From Ranitomeya imitator (lineage: Eukaryota): a stretch of DNA of 64,000 nucleotides. Each line of letters starts with the position of its first letter. Position 1 is the first letter of the stretch. The position numbers and the translations under genes were made by a program. Below the pieces are notes generated by a model. That model ran no database searches, had not been told where the DNA came from, and saw only the letters and a list, made by a program, of their open reading frames with translations. Location of the stretch: the NCBI RefSeq assembly GCF_032444005.1, contig NC_091283.1:33046001-33110000 (forward strand), in the 5' to 3' direction. Shown piece by piece: positions 35,109 to 46,360 of this stretch.

Positions 35109-35171
35109 CTCTGTAGTCAGGAGGCAGATAATCTCCAGGGAGTGGTTCAGTATGGCCTCCGCCTTCTCCAT
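35109..35171 (-). CDS. ZNF gene 2, coding exon 1 (MEKAEAILNHSLEIICLLTTE)
   Basis: Exon 35214-35109: acceptor CCTTTTCTCTTTCCAG|, donor GAG|GTGAGG; homologous to gene 1 exon 1. The frame is open up to the acceptor, so an upstream start is possible. Six exons total 1236 nt = 411 aa + stop. Confidence 0.82.
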
Positions 35172-35920
35172 CGTCTCCTCATACACATGGATCCGTCTCC
35201 AAGCGTTCACCGCCCTGGAAAGAGAAAAGGACGAGTGTAGCTGTGGATGAGGGTCCGTCGTGGGCAGGTACAGGCCGGGGGGGGGGGGGGGGGGGGTCTT
35301 TCCTCATCCATCACACACCCATTCAATGCTGCAGCCAATCACTGGCCACACATTATCACCACTGACTGGCAGCAGCGGTAACATGAACGGCGGATTTAGG
35401 TATAGAAGGAGGTCGGGAACGGACATTGGGAACTTCATACTACAGCAAATAATCCATAGGATAAGGATGATCGCTGGGACCCCCATGATCCGGAGGTTGG
35501 GGTCTGTGGCCCGTTCTTAGCTCCACTCAGGAGAAAGCTGAGACCAGCGCTCTGCTATAGGGCCTCTGCCCACCGGCCTCCTGATAGAGAGGAGAACGGA
35601 GCCCCGAGGATCATCAACAGCAACAAAGGATCTGCTGAGATACAGGGCGGCTCAGCGCCTGGAACCCCGTCAGGAGGAAAACATTTATCAGTTTCACTTT
35701 TTTCTCTCTCTCATCCCTATGTTTTCATTTTTGCGTCCCCAGAAACATACAAGGGCTTGGTGGGTTTTTTGGTGGAGGAGTTGTAGTTGTCACTGATAAT
35801 GTACTGAAAAAACAGGGAAAAATCCAAATAAGGTGAAATGGGGAAATAAGAAAAGACTAATTCACGGTATATAATACAATACTAATAAGAAATTCCTAAA
35901 TATATAATAAAAACTATATA

Positions 35921-37396
35921 CACTGCTCAAAAAATAAAAGAGAACACTACATTCCCACATCCTAGATATCACTGAATGAAATATTCCAGTTACAAATCTT
36001 TATTCACTACATAGTGGAATGTGTTGAGAACAGTAAAACATAATAATCAATGTAAATCAAAATTAATATTCCACGGAGGTCTGGATTTGGAATGATGCTC
36101 AAAATCAAAGTGGAAGATCAAATTACAGGCTGATCCAACTTCAGTGGAAATGCCTCGACAAGGAAATGATGCTCAGTAGTGTGTGTGGCCTCCACGTGCC
36201 TGTATGACCTCCCTACATTGCCTAAGTATGCTCCTGATGAGGCGGCAGTCTGTGGTGCAATGTGACGTTGGTGGATGGTGCGAGACATGATGTCCCAGAT
36301 GTGTTCAATCGGATTCAGATCTGGGGAACGGGAGGGCCAGTCCATAGCTTCAATGACCATCTTGCAGGAACTGCTGACACACTCCAGCCACATGAGGTCT
36401 GGCATTGTCCTGCATTAGGAGGAACCCAGGGCCAACCGCACCAGCATATGGTCTCACAAGGGGTCTGAGGATATCATCTCGGTACCTAATGGCAGTCAGG
36501 CTACCTCTGGCGAGCACATGGAGGGCTGTGCGGCCCTCCAAAGAAATGCCACCCCACACCATTACTGACCCACTGCCAAACTGGTCATGCTGAAGGATGT
36601 TGCAGGCAGCAGATCGCTCTCCACGGTGTCTCCAGACTCTGTCACGTCTGTCACATGTGCTCAGTGTGAACCTGCTTTCATCTGTGAAGAGCACAGGGCA
36701 CCAGTGGCGAATTTGCCAACCCTGGTGTTCTGTGGCAAATGCCAATCGTCCTGCACGGTGTGAGAACAACCCTCATATGTGGGCGTTGGGCACTCAGATC
36801 ATCCTCATGGAGTTGGTTTCTAACCTTTTGTGCAGACACATGCACATATGTGGCCTGCTGGAGGTCATTTTACAGGACTCTGGCAGTGCTCCTCCTGTTC
36901 CTCCTTGCACAAAGGCTGAGGTAGCGGTCCTGCTGCTGGGTTGTTGCTCTCCTACAGCCCCCTCCACGTCTCCTCGTGTACTGGCCTGTCTCCTGGCAGC
37001 GCCTCCAGCGTCTGGACACTACGCTGACAGACACAGCAAACCTTGCCACAGCTCGCATTGATGTGCCATCCTGGATGAGCTGCACTACCTGAGCCACTTG
37101 TGTGGGTTGTAGAGTCCGTCTCATGCTACCACGAGTGTGAAAGCACAACCAACATTCAAAAGTGACCAAACATCAGCCAGAAAGCATTGGTACTGAGATG
37201 TGGTCTGTGGTCCCCACCTGCAGAACCACTCCTTTATTGAGGGGGTCTTGATAATTGCCAATAATTTCCATCTGTATCTATTCCATGTGAAATTGATTGT
37301 CAATCAGTGTTGCTTCCTAAGTGGACAGTTTGATTTCACAGAAGTTTGATTTACTTGGAGTTAGATTGTTATTTGTTCCCTTTATTTTGAGCAGTG
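35921..37396 (-). mobile_element. Degenerate Tc1 element in gene 2 intron 1
   Basis: Termini CACTGCTCAAAAAATAAA / TTTATTTTGAGCAGTG; fragmented transposase ([14 protein letters not shown]..., VLFTDESRF..., SPDLNPIEH); frameshifts and a deletion. Confidence 0.9.
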
Positions 37397-37899
37397 CATT
37401 ACTATGTTCGTAAATCACCTTATTTGGAATTTTTCTACACCCCCCTCCCCCAAAAAAAATAAAGAGATGAATCCCTAATTCCACCACGTTTATTTCTTTT
37501 GTTAGCCGGGCTTCTCTCCCGGTGTTGGACCCAGCACCGCGATCCTCCGGCCTCTGGACAAGGATATATAGATTTTTTCCGTGGAGTGTGATCTCACTGC
37601 GCCAGTTGTTGCCTAGTCTTGCAGCGCGCCCAAAGCTGCCGACCCGCAGAGAAATCCACACATACGTATGGAGGAGGAAGGAACAGAGAGGCCGCCGCCT
37701 TCATACATAGTTGTGGATATTTTATTATTTTTGTGGTAAAGTGGTCAGTGCGCTTCTCCCCCATACAGATGTCACACTGTAACTCTCCATGTAAAAAAAA
37801 AAACCCCAAAAAATAAATAAGTACACCCCATACACATATGCAAATTTGAAAGCGAGACCTTGCGAGTAGCAACCAATCAGCACCCTGACTCCGGTTGCT

Positions 37900-38560
37900 A
37901 CGGGCAACAAGCCTATTTCTCAGCTCTCCCCATAGAGGAGGCGCACAGGAGCAGACACCAAGAGCATCAGTCCGCGTCGCCCCCCGGATATAACGCCACC
38001 ATCGCGCCCTCCGCTCACAATAATAAACACTTCTCAGCCCAAGCACAACGCTCCTACCTTCTCCGACCATGTGAGTGGGCGGGCTTACCGACTCTCACAC
38101 TCCTATTGGCCCTTTATTTATCGCTTCCGTAAAGCTTTCTGGGACTAGTAGTCGTTTCTTGATCATCCAACGTGCAATCACGTCCTCTCTTAAACTACAA
38201 CTCCCGAAATTCACTGCGGGACGTCGGCGCCTTTAATTTCCGTCCTTTCATATAGACATGGGATATGTAGTTCCGCGCTGTGCACTGAGTATTAGGCTGT
38301 AGCGACAGCTGAACTACAATTCCCGGAGTTCTAAGCGGCTTCTTAGCTTTGATTGGCTGTTTTCTTCCGCCCAGTGCGAGTCGGGCCGTGTAGTTCTACG
38401 TCACTTATTGAACGCTTGATTGCAGCGGTGACAAAACTACGATTCCCAAGATTCCACAGTGGCAGTAGTAGAGCTTTGATTGGCTGCCGGTCGGGATAAG
38501 TAGCTCCGCGGCGGTGATAGACTGACTCAAAGCACTGGTGCTGACAGCTGTCCACATCCT
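37900..38560. promoter_or_regulatory. CpG-rich promoter, probably of gene 2 (-)
   Basis: Four ACTACRnnTCCC motifs (38194, 38260 reverse, 38313, 38436), CCAAT boxes, candidate minus-strand donors near 38058 and 38088. Confidence 0.65.
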
Positions 38561-38668
38561 CTCCGGTATCAGGACTTCTGCTTGCTGTCAGTGAATGGAA
38601 AGTTTTGCTCAACCCCAGTGGCTAAAAACATGGCCTGAAATACAACACATGTAACTAAGGGGCATTAG

Positions 38669-38800
38669 AGGGGTTGTCCACCCTTTATTAATGGGCCCAG
38701 AATAGTAAAACTACCAGCGCGGCGTAGACCCTCTATGAAAGCAAGGTATACGTATTGATGTGGCTGTTAATGATGGATAGTCCAAAAGTGGACAAGCCCT
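38669..38800. mobile_element. Short T2/Kolobok-type MITE
   Basis: AGGGGTTGTCCAC / GTGGACAAGCCCT; TTAG left, TTAA right. Confidence 0.65.
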
Positions 38801-38810
38801 TTAAGCTTAA

Positions 38811-39208
38811 AGGGAATGTGCACCTTTGGAGGACATGTTTTATTTTTTTTGCTTACATGTATGCATTTGGGGCTAAAAACCATTTTTCCAATTGGCTTTC
38901 ATTAACCCTTTTGCGCCATTTGGTTTTTACAGGCTCATTGCTTCCTGCACGTTCAACTTTGGCCATAAACCGGTGGAGAGAAGCTCAGAAAGAGACGGAT
39001 ATCAGCTTCCAGCCTTCCCATCGGAGCGAGCTCGCTGATGGAGGATCAGTTAACTCATCCTGCAGCCGGCAAAGAGGCCGAGGAAGGAAAACGGGGCAGT
39101 ATTGTTAATGAAACCCAAATGCAAAACTACTTTTTAGGCCAAAATACACGGAATTAAGTAAGTTAAAAAAAACTCCTCAAAAGTGAACTTTTAGAATCGA
39201 CAATTCCT
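38811..39208. mobile_element. T2/Kolobok-type MITE
   Basis: TTAA at 38807-38810 and 39209-39212; imperfect AGGGAATGTG / CAATTCCT termini and symmetric subterminal blocks. Confidence 0.6.
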
Positions 39209-39811
39209 TTAAACCAAATTTAAAGAGGTATTCCCCTAAACACGGCGACGGACTATTATTAGGCGGAGCCGTCACTGTACTAGTGGGGGCCTGACCCCTA
39301 TCTCCATCCATCCTAATAGATCCATCCATTCTTCCTTAGTGTGGCCCCCGCAGCCCAGATGTCCACCAGGTGACAGCGTCTCCGGGAATTACTAATACCC
39401 AATACTGGCCCTTTAAAGACCCGCGTGACCTAAGATCTGAGGTCAAACCAAAAACTCCATTTGCAGACACGCGTTTCGGGGTTTGGCCGGGTGAGACGCC
39501 GATGGCAGGAGTCTAAGGGCTCCAATTTTGCCATCCACTGAAAATTTAGTTTTTCATGCTATTAAAAAAAGCAATAAAAATGTGAAAAACTGAGACCATG
39601 AGCCCCGATTCATTATTGCATTTGCACTTTTTCTTGTCCAATTTTTGGTGTCTTTTTGCCTGTTTTTTGTTTTTCATTTATGCCGCGTTCTTCTTTTATA
39701 CTTTGCGTTTTTTTTTTTATATTTGTTTTTCTGATTTTTTTTTTTTTTTGCTAGATGTTTGTTTTTCCGCCAAATTTTTTTTTAATGTGAACTATCAATT
39801 ACAACTTCTTT

Positions 39812-39844
<33 letters not shown>

Positions 39845-40102
39845 AATGTTTTTCTGGGTCTCCCCTCCCCCTCATAATAATTTCATGCACGTCTAGATTT
39901 TTATTTTGCAACTTTTTTTTTTTTTTGGCAGAACATGTTAGAGAGGGAAAATAAAATATAAAAAAAAATCATTTTAGTTTTTTATTTAATGGAGAGAAGA
40001 ATGTACAAAAAAGGGAAAGAGTTAATAAAAAAAAAAAAAGCACAAAGGATGAATCTGATGGTTTGTGTTTGCGAGGACGTACAGGTTGGATTTTTGCGTT
40101 TA

Positions 40103-40892
40103 GGCTAGTTTCACATTTGCGTTAAAGGCAGCGTTAAAAACGCATCCGCAGGTGGTGGAAAAAACGCATGTAAACGCGTACAAACGCTGCGTTTTTTAGA
40201 TGCATGCGTTTTCGTATGCGGTAAAAAAACGCCGCGTTTTTACGTTTACATGCGTTTTTTTTTTTACCGCGTTTGCGTTTTTTTAAAAGCATGATGAGAA
40301 ATTTCACAAGTGAAAACTCAAGATCCAGACACCGCCAATGGGACTATAGAGGGCGTGTGACATGACTCTGTGGACCAAAATATGGAAAAATTATAGCTCT
40401 CAAAATGTGGTAACGCAAAAAATATTTTTTGGAATAAAAAGCGTCTTTAGTGTGTGACGGCTGCCAATCATAAAAATCAACTAGAAAACCCGCTATAAAT
40501 AGAAATGGCTATGGTTAGGATCCCTTTATCACCTTGATGGTGGGGGGTGGCTTATCAGTGTGTAGACTTGTTTTTCTCTATGGAAATGCATGCGTTAAAA
40601 AACGCAACCAAACGCATGTGCTTAAAAACGCATGCGTTTACATAGACAGCAATACGTTTTTTTGCGGCAAAAAAAGGCATGCTTTTTTTGCGGCAAAAAA
40701 AGCCTCTAGAAATTAAAACATGTTGCATTTCCGCAACAAAACGCAAGCATAGAAACGACGCATGCATCGTCAAACGCGGCAAAACGCATACAAAAAAACT
40801 GCATGCGTTTTTAATGTTAAATATAGGGAAAAAAACGCATGCTTTTTTTGCGTTAAAACGCAGCGGCAAAAAACGCAAATGTGAAACCAGCC
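40103..40892. mobile_element. PIF/Harbinger (Tourist-like) MITE
   Basis: TIR GGCTAGTTTCACATTTGCG / CGCAAATGTGAAACCAGCC; 3-bp TTA TSD; internal AAAACGCA/TGCGTTTT repeats around an unrelated core at about 40295-40560. Confidence 0.88.
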
Positions 40893-41623
40893 TTAGAAGA
40901 ATACTTGCCACATAACACTTACATGACATCTTCACAAGTTTGACACAACGGAGATTTTCCGGAAATCCGGAAAGTAGAAGCAAGGTTTTCTATTCACTCC
41001 AAGGCGTTTCGGCGACTTTCCCAAGGTAAAAACCCAAAATATTTATTCCTCCCTGAGTAAGGTGCTGAAACGTGTTGGTAAAATAAAAAAACCTTGCTTC
41101 TACTCTCCAGATCTCATCCTTTACGTGAGTGCAGCCGGCACATCGTGATATGTCCGCTTTGCCAAACTGCTATCTGGGCGATACTCTCCTCCAAGCTTCT
41201 GCAGGTGTTGTTTCCTTATACAGCCCCTACAGGTGCGTGTTACCATCTGGTCCCTTACCATGCTGCCCTATCTGTGAGGTTTTGTCCCATCCAGATCTTC
41301 CCATCTTCGAAAGTCTGAGATCCTTATGTCATTAAAGTAATGGCCTTACGTTTTTGTAGAGACCTTCAGTTTGTACGACCCAGGCTTCTGCAGGTGTTAT
41401 TTCCTTTTACAACCCCTACAGGTGCGTTACCATCTGGTTCCTTATCATACTGCCCTATCTGTGAGGCTTTGTCCCATCCAGATCTTCCCATCTTTGAAAG
41501 TCTGAGATATGTCATCAAAATAACGGCCTGACGGTTTCCCAGACAGACCTTCAGCAAGTACAACCTGGTTTTAGAAAAGTCCGGAATCAAGAACAGTCTT
41601 GCCCCGCAGTCTGACGCTGGGCT

Positions 41624-42907
41624 TTACAATGAACCCTTTTGTGCACCATCAGTGAAAACCACAGAATGAAGCTTTTCCCACATTCGCACTGGTAAGGCTT
41701 TTCTCCAGTCCTCAAAGTGGACATCGCTGTCACCGTCCAGGTCATCGACGAGAAGCTCCTGCGTTTTGTGCGTTCTCTGGTGTCTGTACAGGTGAGACGA
41801 GCAGGTGTAACTTTTACCGCACTCACATTTATAAGGTTTCTCCAGATTACCGCCTCTAGCCCGAGAACTTGCAAAGACACCTTGGTGAGCCCTCTGATGC
41901 CGGTAGAGATGAGAACTAGACGTGTAGCTTTTCCCACACGTGCACACGTATGGTTTCACCCTCCCTTGGGTGTCCATCTCCATATCCTCCACAGAGTCAC
42001 CTCCATGTTCATCTATCTGGACCTTCTGTAGGGTGTGAGTCTTCTGGTGTCGGGTCAGATGTGACCTCCTGCTGAACGCCCTTCCACAATCGCATATGTA
42101 AGTCTTGGCACTTTCGTTAGGTCCTTCTAAGTGAGATCTCTGATGTCTGTAGAGATGAGAGCTGCACGTGTAACGCTTCCCACAAGGGCAGATATAAGGC
42201 TTCAACAGACTTGCTTTACGGTCAGACTCAAGGTTGGCCAAGGAACCAACTTGACATGTCTTCTGATGTCTGTGGAGATGAGAAATGCTGGTGTAGCTCT
42301 TCCCACAGATGCATGGAAAAGATTTTCTACTTGAGACCTTCACTTCACCAGGTTCTCCGACACCACGATCACTACTCATCCCATTATTCCCTACGTGAGT
42401 CTTCTGGGGTCTGTAGAGATGTGAGCTGCTGGAGAAGCTTTTACCACACACAAAGGTGGACGACCTTGACTGTTGGTTTTGAGATTGCTTGGTATCTTTG
42501 GTCTCTTCGGGTTTTTCTTCTTGGTCACTTTTTTCTTCTTTTATAGTTTTCTGAAGTCCAGTCTTCATTGGCGTATGGCTCGGTTCAATTAACAAACCCT
42601 CGCGATTTTCTTCAGGATTATCGTCAGCTTTATCGAGTGCTGTTGACGGATCTTCTACGGTTTCATTGACAACACAACCGGAGCGTTCCTTCCTAATACA
42701 GTTTGTTCCACCACAAGTGAAATCTTTTTTAGTTTCGATAGACTCTCCATTATGGTCAGTCTTACAGAGGTTGTCCTCCTCGGGACACTTCCCACGACAA
42801 ATGGTGGAGAATGCGGGCAATGAGGAATCATTGGGTTTCAACTTCTTTAATTCAGTCGATGTTCTTAGGGAAGTTTCTATGTAAGATCTTTTCCATGCTG
42901 TTTCCAT
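41624..42907 (-). CDS. ZNF gene 3, main ORF (427 aa from Met 42907) with C-x-C zinc fingers; possibly a pseudogene
   Basis: Five CxC-GKxY/F-x5-L-x2-H fingers plus one degenerate finger; a seventh is in a shifted frame (to 41587); in-frame TAA at 42946-42944 between the best acceptor (42981) and the ATG. Confidence 0.75.
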   Translation of the reverse strand: METAWKRSYIETSLRTSTELKKLKPNDSSLPAFSTICRGKCPEEDNLCKTDHNGESIETKKDFTCGGTNCIRKERSGCVVNETVEDPSTALDKADDNPEENREGLLIEPSHTPMKTGLQKTIKEEKSDQEEKPEETKDTKQSQNQQSRSSTFVCGKSFSSSSHLYRPQKTHVGNNGMSSDRGVGEPGEVKVSSRKSFPCICGKSYTSISHLHRHQKTCQVGSLANLESDRKASLLKPYICPCGKRYTCSSHLYRHQRSHLEGPNESAKTYICDCGRAFSRRSHLTRHQKTHTLQKVQIDEHGGDSVEDMEMDTQGRVKPYVCTCGKSYTSSSHLYRHQRAHQGVFASSRARGGNLEKPYKCECGKSYTCSSHLYRHQRTHKTQELLVDDLDGDSDVHFEDWRKALPVRMWEKLHSVVFTDGAQKGSL

Positions 42908-43173
42908 GGGCTTCCTACTTATACAATCTTGCTCTTCTCCAACTTAGCAGAATCTCAAATAGACTGGATGATCAGGATCTGCTGGATAGGAGCACAAATA
43001 TTCAAATTATCACCCCAACATTATGTTTTATAGTTATTCAAACAAGCCACTGCTTACATTTGTGCCTCTCCAAGATGCCAAGAGCAAATAAACAAATCAA
43101 GGAATATTCCTGTCACAAAAGCATATGCATGTCTTCTGGGAGGAAAATAGTTTATGCAATTGGGTGTCCTTAC

Positions 43174-43218
43174 AAATTTTGCACCGTTTGGCTTTTCCAG
43201 ACTCTTTGTTTATGCTGG
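43174..43218 (-). CDS. Candidate upstream exon of gene 3 (ASINKESGKAKRCKI)
   Basis: Acceptor CTCCTTCTGCAG|, donor TTT|GTAAGG; 45 nt open, phase 1-1. Confidence 0.4.
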
Positions 43219-44802
43219 CTGCAGAAGGAGTTAACTGAGAATCCCGAAAGTGAGCTCCTTCTGAGTTTATAACTCTACAACTCCTCCGTGTCGATTTATG
43301 ACCACATCAAAGCTATATTTAACAGTTGAGCTCATAAATCAGATGAGGAACTCAGAAAAAGTCAGAAAAAAGAGTTCCAAACTTTCCCGTCAGAAGGAGC
43401 TCGCCGTCAGGTTCTCAATCCGCAGCAGACAACGCAATTCAGCGGCTGTGGAATTAAAAACTGTCCAATATTTTTTACGAAAACTAATTGCAAAAGTGGT
43501 TTTTAGCCCAAAACACATCTAGTGATCCCGAGAACGAGGCTCTTTAATGGAGTAATGACGGAGCATTTACGGCTGCTGCCATATCGAAAGTCGTCAGCTT
43601 CCTTAAAGTCTTAAACCATATTCACACAGTTGTTTTTTGCAAGCGGATCAGCTCTAAACTCCTCATAAAATGCTTGGAAATATCGTCCTACTTATGGGAA
43701 ATTCATCACCATCCACTTCATGACTTTGGTAATTTTTTTTTTTTTTTCCTTTTGTCAGAGAAAATTTCAAATCCATGAGACATCTCACATATCACCCTCA
43801 CATTGACACATATGGGACTAATAACTGAGATTGCTAAAAACTAAAGCAGGAGAAGTAGAAAGAGCTGAACACAACATCATTTGAAGCAGGGACCTCCTGC
43901 AGTGAGCAGGTAATTGCAGAGAAATGTTTTGAGGACAAGACAGGAAGCCGGAGATCTAATTACGCAGAAGCAGGGAAGTATCTTTCCTAAGGATAGTGCT
44001 TCCTCTTATCAAAGAAGCTTCTTAAGACTTTTTTGTCTATGATGTCCAAATATGAATATTGGGAGTTCTGCATCAATCCGATATTTATGGGATATAGATT
44101 TTCAGAGTCGTAGCAAGGGGACAAAAATAAAACATTCAATTACACATCACTGTATGGCCAGTAGAACCACTTAAACTCATCTGTCCGATAGATGATGCTA
44201 TACATGTCATATACCATCTCTATCAAAAGGTAAAATCGAAGTGGGAAACATGATGACGATATCTACCGCCTGGGACCTCCAAGAGGGAAGATATCCCGAA
44301 AGTTGGGGATTTCATAAAATTCTGAAGGGCTGAGCACATCCCACAACCAGCCTTACATGAGTTCATCAAGGGAAGGTATGTGGGCGCCACTTTGATCCAG
44401 TAAAAAGCAAAATGTGGATTTGGTCATTTGTCAGTCCTGGCAGGTGCAGCTCGCTGTGGGTTTTGTCCATTTTCCTAAGAAGTACCTTCCTCCCCTAAGC
44501 TCGGAGCCATTTCGTTGACATCAGGTTTAGTAATTCTCTTTCATTATTCCTTTTCATTCTGTGTTTGTATATATTGTATTGTGTTGTTCCTATTTTGTAT
44601 ATTTTTATAAACCCAGCCTACCTTTCAGGATTCAATATATAAAAATTGAATAGCCCTGTTCCTCTTGCTCTGTAAACCGCACCCCTGAAGCAATATACTG
44701 ACTGTAACGGGTGTCCAATCAGCCGGTATAAACGATTGGTGGTGGCAGCTGGTAGTTCCTTTTGTTATTATGAAGTTGGCAGTGACTGTACCGGGGTATA
44801 CG

Positions 44803-46352
44803 CACTGTGCAAAAAAATAAAGGGAACACTTAAACAACACAATTTAATTCCAAGTCATTCACACTTCTGTGAAATCAACCTGTTCCGTTATGAAGCAACA
44901 CTGATTGGGAATCCATGTCTCCTGCTGTTGTGCAAATGGAGCAGACAACAGGTAGAAATGATAAGCAATTAGCAAGACAACTCAAATAAAGGAGTGGTAG
45001 TGCAGGGGGTGACCACAGACCATTTCTCAGTTCTCATTCTTCTTGGCTATTTTGATCACTTCTGCATTTTGTCATTGCTCACCCCTAGAGGTACTGTACA
45101 GTAGCATGAGGCAGTGTCTAAAACCCACAGAAGTTGCTCAGGTAGTGCAGCTCATCCAGGATGGAACATCAATGCGGTCCATGGCAAAAAGGGTAGCTGT
45201 GTCTGTCAGCAGTTTCCAGTGCATGGAGCAGATACCAGGAGACAGGACAGTACACCAGCAGACGTGGAGGGGTCCGTAGGAGGGCAACAACCCAGCAGCA
45301 GGACCGCTACCTACTCCTTGGTGCAAGGAGGAACAGTGCCAGAGCCCTGCAAAATTACATCTAGAAGGCCACTAACATCCATGTGTCTGCTCAAACAGTC
45401 AGACACAGACTCCAGGAGGGCCCGACGTCCACAAGTGGGTGTTGTGATTACAGTCCAAAACCATGCAGGGCAATTGGCATTTGCTGGATTCGACTTTGGA
45501 GCCCTGTGATTTTCACGGATGACATCAGGTTCACACTGAGAACATGTGACAGACTTGAGAGTCTGGAGACGCCGTGGAGAACCTTCTGCTGCCAGCAACA
45601 TCCTCCTGCATGACTGTTTTGGCAGTGGGTCAGAAATGGTGTTGGGAGGCCATTCTTTGGAGCAGGGCTGTGGAGACGGGAAAGCCAAACCTCCAACTAC
45701 TCAATTTTCATTAAACCGACTCCAAGAAAATGGGCTCAGACTCCACAACTCCGACTCTACACCCCTGCTTTGGAGGGCAACATAGCCCTCCATGTGCTTG
45801 CCAGAGGTACCCTGACTGCCATTACGTACCGGGATGAGATCCTTAGACCCCTTGTGAGAGCAATATGCAGGTTTAATGCACCCGGGTTCCTTCTGATGCA
45901 GGACAATGCTCGGTCTCATGTGGCTGGAGTGTGGCAGCAGTTCCTGCACGATGAAGGCATTGAAGCTATGGACTGGCCAAACCGTTCCCAAGACCTGAAT
46001 CCAATCGAGCACATCATGTCTCGCACCATCCACCAACGTCACGTCGCACCACAGACTGTCCAGCAGTTGACTGATGCTTTAATCCAAGTCTGGGAAAAGA
46101 TCCCTCAAGAGAACATCCGTCTTCTCAGCGGGAGCATGCCCAGGTGTTGTAGGGAGGTCATACAGACACGTGGAGGCCACACACACTACTGAGCATCATT
46201 TCCTTGTCTTGATGCATTTCCACTGAAGTTTAGGTTTTATTGTTCTCAACACATTCCACTATGTAATGAATAAAGATTTACACCTGGAATATTTCATTCA
46301 GTGATATCTAGGATGTGGGATTTTAGTGTTCACGTTATTTTTTTGAGCAGTG
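44803..46352 (+). mobile_element. Degenerate Tc1 element, same family as 35921-37396
   Basis: Termini CACTGTGCAAAAAAATAAAGGGAACAC / TTTTGAGCAGTG|TA; broken transposase ([16 protein letters not shown]..., MQDNARSH, SQDLNPIEH, ends GGHTHY* at 46192). Confidence 0.9.
45663..45767. mobile_element. 105-bp hAT-type MITE inserted in the Tc1 transposase
   Basis: 8-bp TSD CTTTGGAG (45655-45662, 45768-45775); imperfect TIR CAGGGCTGTGGAGACGG / CCGACTCTACACCCCTG. Confidence 0.85.
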
Positions 46353-46360
46353 TATATATA

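Noticed and set aside
39466-39485. CCCCGAAACGCGTGTC (minus strand) as another hammerhead
   Set aside because: Only the GAAAC/stem III half is present; CUGANGA and stem I are missing.
14089-42907. Assigning gene symbols (XlCOF/XlCGF or ZNF numbers) to genes 1-3
   Set aside because: Lineage-specific paralogue family; orthology cannot be established without a search.
43571-43609. 39-nt frame-preserving candidate exon of gene 3
   Set aside because: No polypyrimidine tract at the acceptor; could be chance.
43850-43900. EVPASNDVVFS after an acceptor-like site as a KRAB exon of gene 3
   Set aside because: Lacks YFSxEEW and runs into a stop.
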